Source: a virus (Duplodnaviria > Caudoviricetes). Taken from it: a stretch of DNA of 64,000 nt. Numbering within the stretch: the stretch's first letter is position 1; every line of letters starts with the position of its first letter. The stretch is from IMG/VR virus record IMGVR_UViG_3300026522_000024, positions 32,001 through 96,000 of that record, one strand, 5' to 3'. Below are positions 51,254 through 61,464 of this stretch, one piece after another. The translations under genes were made by a program, and so were the position numbers. The notes below the pieces were generated by a model. The model did not search any database, had not been told where the DNA came from, and saw only the letters and a list, made by a program, of their open reading frames with translations.

Positions 51254-53389
51254 ATGGCAATCTTAACAAAACATCAAATCAGCGAACTTAATGACAGAAT
51301 GTTGGGTCTTGGTGCTCCTGTACAGTTTGACGGCATCGGCTACAACAAGGTTGACTTCTCCAAGATGGAGAATCTTGGTGGGAATTACCACCTCACTGAC
51401 CGCCAAGCATGGTTCGTCTGCTTGACTCTGCGTAAGTACAAGAAAACTCAGCTGACCCAGTGGGCAGACGATATTGAGGAAAGCATTACTGCTTACGAAG
51501 GTGCTAAGACTGTTAAGGTCAACCCAGTAGAGGTAGTAGGTGTAAGTGATACTCAGGTTAGCTTGACTTGGGCATTTGACCGTAAGGTGAGTGACCAGCT
51601 GAAAGGTAAGCTGGACAACACTCAGTACAAATGGACTAAGCCTAATGGGACTTGGGTACTGAACGTGAACTGGGGATATGCTGAGACCATCAATCAGTCT
51701 TTTGTATCCTTGGGGCTGGATACCACTGCTCTGGTAAAGGCTATCCAGCAGTACAACAGCCAGCCTCACCCTGTTAAGGTACAGAGCAAGCCCCATACTG
51801 CTCACCAGATTGTTTTGGAAGTTAGCAGACTTCCTAAATCAGTGGACACCATTCAGATTAAGAGTGATTACGACAAAGCATTGGTATCTGCTTTCAAGTC
51901 TATTCCTAACATGTTCTGGGATAACAAGAAGAAGGTGTGGAACTGCTACATTGAAAATGCTGCTAAGTTGTATGATGCACTGCCTGATGGAGTAGTTGCT
52001 GACCAGTTGAAGCCTTGGGCAGACCTCACTAGGAACTGGAACAAGAAATACAACCTCTTAGACCTCAGCAAGCTCAACCTGAAATTCCAGCCATACTCCT
52101 TCCAGCCTGAAGATGCTCAGAGACTGATGAACCTCCAGACTGGTCTGAACGGAAATGAAGTAGGTTGCGGAAAGACTTTTGAGCAGGTTATCATTGGTGA
52201 ATCCATTCCTATGAAGAAACTGGTTATCTGCCCACCCACTCTTAGAGTAAACTGGGAAAGAGAAATCCACATGGTGAACGCAGATGCTGAAGTACATATT
52301 CAGTATTCCAATAAGCCTTACAAGTCCGTTGATGGCTGGAATATCATTGGTTATCATAGCCTTGATAAATTTCAGAAGCAACTGGAGAAAGAGCAGTATC
52401 AGGTTATCATGATTGATGAGGCTCACTTCATCCAGGCAGTTAACAATTATGGTAATCCTGACAGCAAGAGAGCACTCGCAGTCCTGCGGTTGGCTGCTAC
52501 TAGCCAGTATGTATTTCCTATTACTGGTACTCCTAAGACCAACAGAAACATCAATCTGTACAATATTCTCCGTGTTATCCGTCATCCACTTACCCGTGGG
52601 AACTGGGCATTTCAGAATTATGGTAAACACTTCTGCGATGGACAGAAAACTCAGTGGGGTTGGGACTACACTGGTAACAGCAATGACTCCGAACTCAATG
52701 AGCAGCTGAAGCCTGTTATGGTTAGACATCTGAAGAAGGATGTATTGCCTCACCTGAAGAAACAGCGTCAGGCTATCCCTGTAAGCGTAAACCTGTCTGA
52801 ATACCACTATCTCATCAGTGAGTATCTCAGGACTAGGAAGAACAAGAACAGTGAGTCCTTGGTACAGCTCAACAGAGCAAAGCAGGTTGTAGCTATTCAG
52901 AAGGCTCAGGAGTCCATAGCATTCGCTCAGGACATCATTTCTCAGGGTAAGAAGGTTGTTATTGTAACAGCATTCACTGAGGTAGTTGCTCAGGTTGAGA
53001 AGGCAATCAAGGGTTGCCTGAAGATTGTTGGAGGTATGAGCGATAAGGCTAAAAATGCAGCCATCGATGAATTCCAACATGGTACGGCTCAGGCTATTGT
53101 AATCAATATTGTAGCTGGTGGTACTGGTGTAACTTTGACTGCTGCTAGCACAATGATTGTAAACGATATACCCTGGACAACGGGAGAGTTAGAACAAGCA
53201 GAAGGACGCATCTGGCGTGGTGGTCAGAAGGAAACTGCTATGATTTACTACATTATGGCAGCTGGCTGTGAAATGGATGAAAAGTTGATTGACACTATTG
53301 TTTACAAGTCTCAGACTATTAATGCAGCTGTGGACGGTGGTGTTGGTGAAGAGTTAGACCTCAGAGCAATTCTGGAGGCAGAACTATGA
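51254..53389 (+). CDS. SNF2/HARP-like helicase
   Basis: GNEVGCGKT, DEAH, TGTP, GTGVTLT, QAEGRIWRGGQ; HARP-like N-terminal repeats. Confidence 0.9.
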   Translation: MAILTKHQISELNDRMLGLGAPVQFDGIGYNKVDFSKMENLGGNYHLTDRQAWFVCLTLRKYKKTQLTQWADDIEESITAYEGAKTVKVNPVEVVGVSDTQVSLTWAFDRKVSDQLKGKLDNTQYKWTKPNGTWVLNVNWGYAETINQSFVSLGLDTTALVKAIQQYNSQPHPVKVQSKPHTAHQIVLEVSRLPKSVDTIQIKSDYDKALVSAFKSIPNMFWDNKKKVWNCYIENAAKLYDALPDGVVADQLKPWADLTRNWNKKYNLLDLSKLNLKFQPYSFQPEDAQRLMNLQTGLNGNEVGCGKTFEQVIIGESIPMKKLVICPPTLRVNWEREIHMVNADAEVHIQYSNKPYKSVDGWNIIGYHSLDKFQKQLEKEQYQVIMIDEAHFIQAVNNYGNPDSKRALAVLRLAATSQYVFPITGTPKTNRNINLYNILRVIRHPLTRGNWAFQNYGKHFCDGQKTQWGWDYTGNSNDSELNEQLKPVMVRHLKKDVLPHLKKQRQAIPVSVNLSEYHYLISEYLRTRKNKNSESLVQLNRAKQVVAIQKAQESIAFAQDIISQGKKVVIVTAFTEVVAQVEKAIKGCLKIVGGMSDKAKNAAIDEFQHGTAQAIVINIVAGGTGVTLTAASTMIVNDIPWTTGELEQAEGRIWRGGQKETAMIYYIMAAGCEMDEKLIDTIVYKSQTINAAVDGGVGEELDLRAILEAEL

Positions 53390-53395
53390 TAAACT

Positions 53396-53430
53396 AAGGA
53401 CTGAGCAATGAGCCTCAGTCCTTTTCTTTT
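53396..53430 (+). terminator. Rho-independent terminator
   Basis: AAGGACTGAG...CTCAGTCCTTTTCTTTT. Confidence 0.85.
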
Positions 53431-53567
53431 GGAAAACAGAGTAAGTTTACACATAAACTGATATGTACTTTTGTTAATTTAAGGAGGTAGGTAAGCAATA
53501 CCATACTAAGCATATATTATTACAGAGACATGTATCCAAATTCATTCATAATAGGAGGGTAATAATT

Positions 53568-54524
53568 ATGATAACACAGTTTGTAAACAAGGGTACAGAC
53601 TTAGAGGTGCTGAATAAGTCCTATGAATCTATGCCTCTGGAACAAGAAGAACTTGCTAAGGCACTAAAGAAAGATGGTCTTGTACTGGTTGATGTACAGG
53701 TAAATGGTAAGCATGGTACGTACACTCGTAAGCAGTGGAAGAAAGCTAGTGATGTAAAGAAGAATGAAGGAAAATCCTCTAAGGGTGCTCCAGATGCTGA
53801 TAAGCAGAAGGCTATTCCACAGGTTATTAAGGGTAAGCACATGAGTGACCTGAAGGATAATCTGAGGGAACATGGTCTTGTTTTGGACGGTGCATATGGC
53901 AGAAAGATACGTGATGACGAAGAAGTTATTATGTATGATAAAGATAAGAATACTTACACTGCTAAAGCTAATGTATACTCAGATGGTGGTGTAGAACTGC
54001 GTAAAATTACCAAAGAAAAGAAGGAAAAAACAGCAACTGATAATGGTAATGGCAAGCAACAGGATAGCGGCAGCCCATATCCAGACTACGTGAACAAGAC
54101 TAATGTTGGAGTACCTAAAGCACATAGTTCCTCCTATTTCTCTGAGAAGAAGGCAATTGAGTTTGCTAAGCAATTGCATGATAATGGTGCTACTAATATT
54201 GAGATTAGTAGTGCTGAAGATGCATTCAATCAGACTCAGTACCGTGTTGCTTGGGATAAGGAAGAAAAGAAACAGAGTGACACAAAGGCAGGTAATAAGC
54301 CTACCAAGAAAGCAGCTGCTACTTCAAAAGTTAAACAGGATTCTTCATCTAATGTAAGTGTTCCTAAGACCAAAGCAGACATTCAAAGCATGCTTGCTTC
54401 TGGTAAATCCAGAAATGATATTATTGAGCTGGCTAAGAAGTCAGGCATCAGCTGGAAGGAAAATGGCCACGAAGGCATCAACTGGATGAGGTGCTGCATG
54501 GCTTTGACTAAGGCATCTAAATAA
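53568..54524 (+). CDS. Leader-bearing Lys-rich protein with C-terminal HeH-like module (putative virion-internal protein)
   Basis: FVNKGTD...LAKALKKDGLV..VQVNGKHGTYTRKQW leader; GINWMRCCMAL. Confidence 0.65.
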   Translation: MITQFVNKGTDLEVLNKSYESMPLEQEELAKALKKDGLVLVDVQVNGKHGTYTRKQWKKASDVKKNEGKSSKGAPDADKQKAIPQVIKGKHMSDLKDNLREHGLVLDGAYGRKIRDDEEVIMYDKDKNTYTAKANVYSDGGVELRKITKEKKEKTATDNGNGKQQDSGSPYPDYVNKTNVGVPKAHSSSYFSEKKAIEFAKQLHDNGATNIEISSAEDAFNQTQYRVAWDKEEKKQSDTKAGNKPTKKAAATSKVKQDSSSNVSVPKTKADIQSMLASGKSRNDIIELAKKSGISWKENGHEGINWMRCCMALTKASK

Positions 54525-54543
54525 AGAGAAGGAGTGAGTAATA

Positions 54544-55047
54544 ATGGAACTGCATCCATTCACCAGAGCAGCAGCCTTGGCTGTTCTTATAGGAAACGAT
54601 TTTTGGTACATGCATCTGTATGCTAAGGATGAAGACTTTGATAAATCACATCAGCTTACTGGTAATTACTATGACAGGTTAGGCTGGGAAAGTGATGAAC
54701 TTATGGAACTGTCCATAGAGGTCGGTGCTGAAGTATTCAATCCCTCTGAGGTAGGTAAGTGGTTGCCTGAGTACACTCCAGAGAGTGATAAGGCTTACAG
54801 CTATGGAACAATTGTAACCAAAGCACAGGAAAAGCTCAGATTGTACCTTACAGCACTCAAAGCAATGAGAGATTCTACCAGCCGTACAGATATACAGTCT
54901 AGGCTGGATGAGTGCCTGCGTTACTGGGAGAAGGAACTCAACTACAAGTTGGCAGCCAGAGCAGGTCAGGCTGGTGTACCTTCTATGCTAGTTGGCTTTG
55001 TTAACTCAGGTTTGGATAACGAACTTGCGTACAAATTTGCTGAATAA
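54544..55047 (+). CDS. Dps/ferritin-like protein
   Basis: MHLYAKDEDFDKSHQL...YYD...SDELME follows the Dps H-x-F-x-H...D...E pattern. Confidence 0.7.
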   Translation: MELHPFTRAAALAVLIGNDFWYMHLYAKDEDFDKSHQLTGNYYDRLGWESDELMELSIEVGAEVFNPSEVGKWLPEYTPESDKAYSYGTIVTKAQEKLRLYLTALKAMRDSTSRTDIQSRLDECLRYWEKELNYKLAARAGQAGVPSMLVGFVNSGLDNELAYKFAE

Positions 55048-55090
55048 CCAGATATTATCATACAGAAGTACACCAGACTCAATCATATAA

Positions 55091-55318
55091 TTGGAGGTAA
55101 GAGAAATGTTTAAGATAAAGCGTTGGAATAACAAGTACGGAAACGCAGCTAAGTTTGTTGTTTTCGATGAGAAAGCTGACAAGTATGCTGAGTTTTCACC
55201 ATCCAATCCCAAGGATATTGCTTGGGTGTCCAGTGATATCACTAAGAATCCAGAGTACAAGTCCTGGGATGACTGGAAGGACGAACCAGTAGATAATCTT
55301 GGTGATATCATCATGTAA
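55091..55318 (+). CDS. Hypothetical protein (probable start 55106)
   Basis: RBS GGAGGT. Confidence 0.6.
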   Translation: MEVREMFKIKRWNNKYGNAAKFVVFDEKADKYAEFSPSNPKDIAWVSSDITKNPEYKSWDDWKDEPVDNLGDIIM

Positions 55319-55332
55319 AGGACTGATAGGTA

Positions 55333-56421
55333 ATGCATTTTATAAACAACCAATCAGACATCAATACTATCAATTTCCTGTCTAAGTCTATACCAATGGA
55401 AACCATGGAAAAGGCACTAGATAGAACTGGTCTTGTACAGAAAGAGGTACAGTACAAGACCAGTACAGGAAAGATAGCTACTAGGAAGCAGTGGGTAAGA
55501 GAAGGAGAGGAACAGACTGCTGTTAAACCTCCTAAAAAGCAACCTAGACCGCAAGTTGAGGCTACTGACCACAACATAACGGAAAAGACTGCTCACCTGA
55601 AACCTCTTCAGGAAGGAGAAAAGCTGCCTGATTACTTTACTGGAGAGCATGCAGTACCTCCTAACTGGAGGAAGGTTATGTACAGTCCAGACCCAAATGC
55701 TAATCTGTTAGCTATAGGTAAGGATGGACAGAACAGAACTGTATACTTGTACCATAAGGACTTTGTAGCTAGCAAGTCCAACGAGAAGTTTAGCAGAGTC
55801 AGAAACTTGATGAAAAACCGTGACAATATCCTTAATTCAATTAAGGAGTTGAAAGAATCCAACCCAGAGGTGTCTGACTGCCTTAATCTTATATTCCATA
55901 TGGGTACTAGACCTGGCAGCACAGCAGACACCAAGTCAGTGAAGGAAGCACGTGGGGCTACAACACTGAAGGGTGAGAACGTGGTTGTGGAAGGTGACAA
56001 TGTATACCTAGATTTCACAGGAAAGAAGGGTGTAGCACAGCGTCACAAGGTTACTGATTCCTACCTGAAGACTATGCTAGTACAGCGTAAAAAGAAGGCA
56101 GGAGACAATGGTGACCTGTTCAATACCACGGATGACCAGCTTAGAAAAGCACTGAAACCTCTTGGACTTCACCCAAAAGATTTACGTACTATGTTAGCCA
56201 CTCATATGGCTAAGCAGATGCTCAAAGACCTTCCTGTAGCGAATAACGCAAAGGAAATGACTAAACTGCGTAACCAAGTAGGTGACAAAGTCTGCTCTGT
56301 ACTAGGTAATCAGCGTACAATGGCTTTGAATAGCTACATAGACCCAGAAGTATTCATAGCTCATAGCCCAGACGGCATGAGTGACTGGAAGTCAAATCAA
56401 TCCAAGAAGAAGGTGAAATAA
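55333..56421 (+). CDS. DNA topoisomerase IB with N-terminal leader
   Basis: PPNW...GKDGQNR..YLYH, RPGS, GATTL, FTGKKG, KDLRT, LGN.....NSYIDP (catalytic Tyr). Confidence 0.9.
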   Translation: MHFINNQSDINTINFLSKSIPMETMEKALDRTGLVQKEVQYKTSTGKIATRKQWVREGEEQTAVKPPKKQPRPQVEATDHNITEKTAHLKPLQEGEKLPDYFTGEHAVPPNWRKVMYSPDPNANLLAIGKDGQNRTVYLYHKDFVASKSNEKFSRVRNLMKNRDNILNSIKELKESNPEVSDCLNLIFHMGTRPGSTADTKSVKEARGATTLKGENVVVEGDNVYLDFTGKKGVAQRHKVTDSYLKTMLVQRKKKAGDNGDLFNTTDDQLRKALKPLGLHPKDLRTMLATHMAKQMLKDLPVANNAKEMTKLRNQVGDKVCSVLGNQRTMALNSYIDPEVFIAHSPDGMSDWKSNQSKKKVK

Positions 56422-56422
56422 C

Positions 56423-56566
56423 ATGAACTTAGACAACCTTACACCTGAGCAAATGACTCAAATGATGAAAGATTCTCTAAAACAACCTACAAAACCTATG
56501 ACACAGGAAGAGAAAGAGCAGGATGACGCAGAGCATGGTTATTTCCAAGAACCAGAACAGGAGTAA
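56423..56566 (+). CDS. Small acidic hypothetical protein (47 aa)
   Basis: ATG 2 nt after the Topo IB stop; RBS AAGGTG. Confidence 0.55.
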   Translation: MNLDNLTPEQMTQMMKDSLKQPTKPMTQEEKEQDDAEHGYFQEPEQE

Positions 56567-56578
56567 CGTAACATTGCG

Positions 56579-56898
56579 ACATGTGAATCCTTGAAAACTT
56601 TACATAAGTCAAAAATTGAAGGCATAGCTTTACATACAGCTGTGCCCTCTACTTTTATCTACTGGAACTGTAGATATGTGGTAAAATCACATCATGAAAT
56701 ACTTGACCGAAAATTTTTTTCGGTTGCCTTTTTTAACGTAAAAGAGTAAAAAAGTAAATAACCTTAATTTAATAAAAATACTAAGTTTCTTGTAAAATAA
56801 AAAGAATTAACCTTCTTTTTTACTAACGTAAAAAAGAACAGCACTTGCTGTTTTTACATGTGAATACTTGAATCTTTTTCATAAGCCAGAAAACTGAT
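56579..56898. repeat. Imperfect ~42-bp direct repeats in an AT-rich gene-free region (possible ori)
   Basis: ACATGTGAATCCTTGAAAACTTTACATAAGTCAAAAATTGA vs ACATGTGAATACTTGAATCTTTTTCATAAGCCAGAAAACTGA. Confidence 0.6.
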
Positions 56899-57020
56899 AT
56901 GTAAACCTCAAAAAATTCTATGAATAGATGATACACATTATGCAGGGTTCTGATTCACTATCCTTTGTAAAATGTACAGTTTTTACTTGAAAAATTTTAT
57001 ATGAACTTTATTTTTTCTAC

Positions 57021-57049
57021 TTTACTCTTGGGATGAAAAGAGATATAAT
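57021..57049 (+). promoter_or_regulatory. sigmaA-type (early) promoter
   Basis: TTTACT-17 bp-TATAAT with ATGAAA in the spacer. Confidence 0.72.
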
Positions 57050-57107
57050 GTTTTTAGGAACACCTTATGTAAACCACAAAGCAGTTGAGTGAAAAGGAGA
57101 GATTGCT

Positions 57108-57836
57108 ATGAAGAGTACAGAATTGAAAGAAAAGCTAGACAAAGCTATTGAAAGAGTCCACAAGATTGAGGGTACTATTGAGAGGCATAAGAAGCAGGCA
57201 GACAAAAAGCTCACGGAACTGAAGAAACATAACTGGTCTGATAATCCTATGGACCACTCAGGTACTGGAAACCACGAAGCATACTGGTTAGCTTGTGAAT
57301 ATCAGGATAAGCTGAGTGACATGAAGAATTCACAGAAAAATCTGATTAAGGCTCAAGAAATAGCTAAAAACTGGGAGGACAAGTACAACAAGCAGCTGGA
57401 ACTAGAAAGACATTATCAGTTTGAGATACCTGAAGCCTTTAAGACATTGAAGGATATACTTGTAGAGAACTGGACTAAATTCGACTTAGAAGAACAGAAA
57501 CACTACTATAAGAAATACAAAGAGTTAGGGTACAAAACCTTCATCCAGCGTTATAGCAGGAGCAGATGGGACTACCTCAGAAGCCATAATGAACAAGATT
57601 TCAGAGAAGAAAATGAGAAAGCTGCAGAAAACTGGATTTTAGACCTGTATAATAGAATCAAGAGAGAAACAGGAGAGATTGTTACTTGGGATAACATCAC
57701 AGCAACTCCTAAAGGATTGAACGGATACATAAAAGGAAAGTTGGGAGCAGTCAACGTAGAGACCATTATGGCTGGTGGATATAACATCCAGAGACTTCAT
57801 TACAGAGTAATTCTTCATAAGGTAAAGGAGGCATAA
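57108..57836 (+). CDS. Conserved phage hypothetical protein
   Basis: Coiled coil plus GLNG...VETIMAGGYNIQRLHYR. Confidence 0.75.
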   Translation: MKSTELKEKLDKAIERVHKIEGTIERHKKQADKKLTELKKHNWSDNPMDHSGTGNHEAYWLACEYQDKLSDMKNSQKNLIKAQEIAKNWEDKYNKQLELERHYQFEIPEAFKTLKDILVENWTKFDLEEQKHYYKKYKELGYKTFIQRYSRSRWDYLRSHNEQDFREENEKAAENWILDLYNRIKRETGEIVTWDNITATPKGLNGYIKGKLGAVNVETIMAGGYNIQRLHYRVILHKVKEA

Positions 57837-58179
57837 CTCAGATGAAAAATAACTGGAGAGTAGTTATCTATGATGACTCTATGAACACAGGTTGTACAGC
57901 AACTAAGGTATTCATGGATAACCTTAACAAAACCACCGCTAAGAAGATTGAGCGTTACATGAATCACAAGATGGAAGAGACAGAAATGTTTGATATCAGC
58001 TATGTAGCTGAAGAAGTGGCGTAATAACCTGCTGAGGTGAACCTTCAGACGGTTGATACTGGAAGGCAGCTGGGTGGTTTAGACATGTGGGCTGACCCAC
58101 CCAGTTGATGATAACCAGATTGATACTGAATGTTTGGAACCATATAGCAGAGATTCCTCACACTAAGGGGGTAACAACA

Positions 58180-60036
58180 ATGAAAGACTATAAAAATCAG
58201 ATAGCTGAATTGAAAGCAGACGTACACACCATCTGGAAACTGCAATGTCAGAACCTTTACAACAGCAAAAACCTTGGAGCATTGGCTGTACGTGAGTGCC
58301 TTCAGAATAGCATTGACGCTATAAGGACTGCTGAGAAGAACGGTGACATCGCTCAGGGTGAAGGATACATCAATATCAGCTGGGAGGGCAGCAACCTTAT
58401 TATTGAGGATAATGGAGTAGGGATGAACCTTCAGACCTTACATGACAAGTTTCTAACCCTTGGTGGGACTACTAAGGGTGATGAGAGTAATGTAGGCGGA
58501 TTTGGATTAGCTAAATCAGTTATCCTTGGATGCGGCAGTGGATTTAAGGTAGAAACCCAGGATAATGTGTTTACCAATGAAGACCTTGGTGTTAATCCTA
58601 TACAGAAACAGGATTACAGACAAGGCACACGCATTACCTTGAAGAACGTACAAGTTGGTAAGGGTAAGAGCATAGAAGATGATTCCGATAGATTTAAATA
58701 CGCTGTATACGATTATGTATTCACCAGCCAGATTCCTGAAGACATTAAGGTTACTGTAAATCATAAGGACTATGACTCCTATAAGAGATTTGTTCAGACT
58801 TCTTCTACTAGACGTGCACCTGCTGTATTTAACATTGGTAAAGACATCATACCAAAGAACACTAAAATCAGAGTAAATGTGTATAAGACCGCCAAGAATG
58901 ATTTCTCTGGATACCTGTATGTTAGACTGAGAGGACTGACCCAATTCAAGCAATACCTTAGCTGGAATGCTACTTTTCATGTAGTGCTTGATATAGACAC
59001 TAAGTTAGACCCACGTGACGTAGACTATCCATTCAGCACTAATAGAGAAGGACTGAAAGCACAGTATCAGGGTATTCTCTCAGCTATATCAGATAAGGTT
59101 AGTCAGTCACCAATTGCTATCTCAGACCACTCTAACTACAAGGAAACCTTCTATGATAACAAGACCAGCAATGCTGAGCGTAATAGAGTAATTGTTTCTC
59201 AGTTGATTTCTAAGGACTTGATGAAGGCTGCTAATACCGTATCTAAGGCAGTAGCTGGTATGATACCACAAGGAGGTTACACTGTTCCTTCTGTAGCTGA
59301 GAAAATTCAGCAACTAAATGAAGTAGTAGAGAAGGTAGCACACGAATGTGGTAGGACTAAAGATGAAGTGGTCAATGGTTTGAGCACCGAAAATCTTCAG
59401 TCTTTGAACAATCCGTTGGATTACTCTTGGATTGTATGGCAGGATAAGGATACTCATGTTAAGAGGATAAACAGCAGCACTCAGGTCAGCTTTATATTGG
59501 CTTGGGACAGCATCCTGAGATTGATGGCTAGCCATTCTCCTGAGTTGAATGGAAAAACCTTCTACCCTGGTATCATCGTTAGGAAAGATTACATGGGATT
59601 GTGCTTAGAAAAGAACATAGCTTCTTGTGGCACTAGACACTACATTATGATGAATCCATATTTGATTCCTAATGACGATGACCTGTCTATAGCCTTATAT
59701 TTGATGAACTTGGCATCACACGAACTTGCTCATTTAGCTTGCGGAACATATGAGGCTCACGGTGAGACATTCTCCTATACTAGAGAATCCATCATGAATC
59801 ACAATTTGGTTAACGTGAATGCTGTAATGAAGATGCTGCGTAGCATGGGATTTAAGAAACTTCTCAATAAAGTAGAGCAGAAGAAGCAGTCTGAGGATTA
59901 TTCTTATTTTACTTTGGACGACATTGTTGATATGGCAGAGAATAAGGGAATTGATGTACAGCAACTACAGGATAAGTATAGCAATCAACAGATTCTTAGG
60001 ATGAGACTCATAATGGCTATCAAAAAAGCAGGTTAA
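58180..60036 (+). CDS. GHKL (MORC/Hsp90-like) ATPase with HExxH zincin-like and HeH-like domains
   Basis: RECLQNSIDA, EDNGVGM, GGFGLAK, GTRI; HELAH...EAH; ILRMRLIMAIKK. Confidence 0.8.
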   Translation: MKDYKNQIAELKADVHTIWKLQCQNLYNSKNLGALAVRECLQNSIDAIRTAEKNGDIAQGEGYINISWEGSNLIIEDNGVGMNLQTLHDKFLTLGGTTKGDESNVGGFGLAKSVILGCGSGFKVETQDNVFTNEDLGVNPIQKQDYRQGTRITLKNVQVGKGKSIEDDSDRFKYAVYDYVFTSQIPEDIKVTVNHKDYDSYKRFVQTSSTRRAPAVFNIGKDIIPKNTKIRVNVYKTAKNDFSGYLYVRLRGLTQFKQYLSWNATFHVVLDIDTKLDPRDVDYPFSTNREGLKAQYQGILSAISDKVSQSPIAISDHSNYKETFYDNKTSNAERNRVIVSQLISKDLMKAANTVSKAVAGMIPQGGYTVPSVAEKIQQLNEVVEKVAHECGRTKDEVVNGLSTENLQSLNNPLDYSWIVWQDKDTHVKRINSSTQVSFILAWDSILRLMASHSPELNGKTFYPGIIVRKDYMGLCLEKNIASCGTRHYIMMNPYLIPNDDDLSIALYLMNLASHELAHLACGTYEAHGETFSYTRESIMNHNLVNVNAVMKMLRSMGFKKLLNKVEQKKQSEDYSYFTLDDIVDMAENKGIDVQQLQDKYSNQQILRMRLIMAIKKAG

Positions 60037-60112
60037 CACGGATTTGGCGGCAGTACATACTGCCGCCTTTATTTATATTATTTACTATATGTGTTTGAAA
60101 GGTGTGTGGAAT

Positions 60113-60328
60113 ATGCCTAAGATTATAATTGAATCCTCTGATAAGAGAGATACACAAGTAGATATAGAGGAAAAGCTAGAAAAGGCAGTGTCTGCCATTA
60201 GAGAACAACGTGAAGGAAAGCAATTTACAGACAATTTTCTTAGGGAAACTAAGGAAAAAGCTGATGTAGTAGTCAATAAGTTGTTTTCTAACATGGTCAA
60301 GGAAATCAATGAAGTATTAGCGAAATGA
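60113..60328 (+). CDS. Hypothetical protein
   Basis: ORF containing LEKA. Confidence 0.6.
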   Translation: MPKIIIESSDKRDTQVDIEEKLEKAVSAIREQREGKQFTDNFLRETKEKADVVVNKLFSNMVKEINEVLAK

Positions 60329-60337
60329 GGGAAAACC

Positions 60338-61462
60338 ATGGGAATCAACTTTGTAGATAAAGGCTCAGACTCAGCTCTAGTCAATCTTCTTCATGAAGAC
60401 TACTTGAAAAAGTCATTTCATCGTGAAGGATTGACTCCAGTTAGAGTGTCTGTTAATGGAAAACATGGTAATTACACTACTACTGTGTATAAGAATCTAA
60501 ATGAACACGGAAAGCAGGTCAGTAAAAACAAGCCTAGATTCAATCCTGATAAGGGTAAGAACACAGCTAGTAAGCTACAGAATAAGGACTTTATGTACAT
60601 GAATACAGCTACTGGTGATATATTATCACTGGATGAGGTAAAACGTGAGTACAATCAACTTCCTGAAAAGGAAAAGAAATCACATAAAACTCTTGATAGT
60701 TACCTAAAATCCACTTATTTTATTTCAAATGGAACTAACAAGACTTGTGATATGTACAGGATTGCTCCTGGCAAGTACACTAAGGAAAGAACACAGGCAG
60801 TCCATGAACCCATAGTACAAGATTATCTATCTAAAGCACAGGATGCTCCAGAAGATACCCCACCAATACTTTTCTTGTATGGCGGTGGAAGCGGCGTAGG
60901 CAAGTCCACAATAGTCAACTCTATAGTGAAGCCTATGTCTGATGAGTTAGGAGTAAACCTACTCAAAGTAGACTGTGATGACATTAAGGAGTTGCTTCCA
61001 GAGCATGAAATGTTTATGGCTCAAGATGAGCGTACTGCTGCTGGTAGGTTACACAGAGAATCTTCAGATATTACCAATAAGGTAATAGATGAGCTCACTA
61101 AGGCTAAAAAGTGCTTTGCATATGATGGTTGCATGGGAGACACTTCTAAGTACCAGAAAATTATCAATAAAGCTAGAGATAATGGATATTACGTACATAT
61201 CATAGCAGCAGATATTCCAGTAGATATGGCTATTGCTCGTGCTAAATCAAGGAGCAGAAAGATTGATGACGCTATATTCCATAAGACTCATACTGCTTTT
61301 GGAAATAATTTTTTGGATATAGCAGGGATGGCTGATTCGTTTGCGCTGTATGACAATTCTCAGGATAGTAATTTGCCACCTACATTAATTGTAGATGATA
61401 CTGGAATACGCAATGAAGAACTTTATGAGCGTTTTCTTATGAAAACAGATGGGGAGGCATAA
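60338..61462 (+). CDS. Zeta-toxin-like P-loop kinase with N-terminal leader
   Basis: YGGGSGVGKST, VDCDDIKELLPE, HRESS, YDG, RAKSR, LYDN. Confidence 0.8.
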   Translation: MGINFVDKGSDSALVNLLHEDYLKKSFHREGLTPVRVSVNGKHGNYTTTVYKNLNEHGKQVSKNKPRFNPDKGKNTASKLQNKDFMYMNTATGDILSLDEVKREYNQLPEKEKKSHKTLDSYLKSTYFISNGTNKTCDMYRIAPGKYTKERTQAVHEPIVQDYLSKAQDAPEDTPPILFLYGGGSGVGKSTIVNSIVKPMSDELGVNLLKVDCDDIKELLPEHEMFMAQDERTAAGRLHRESSDITNKVIDELTKAKKCFAYDGCMGDTSKYQKIINKARDNGYYVHIIAADIPVDMAIARAKSRSRKIDDAIFHKTHTAFGNNFLDIAGMADSFALYDNSQDSNLPPTLIVDDTGIRNEELYERFLMKTDGEA

Positions 61463-61464
61463 AT

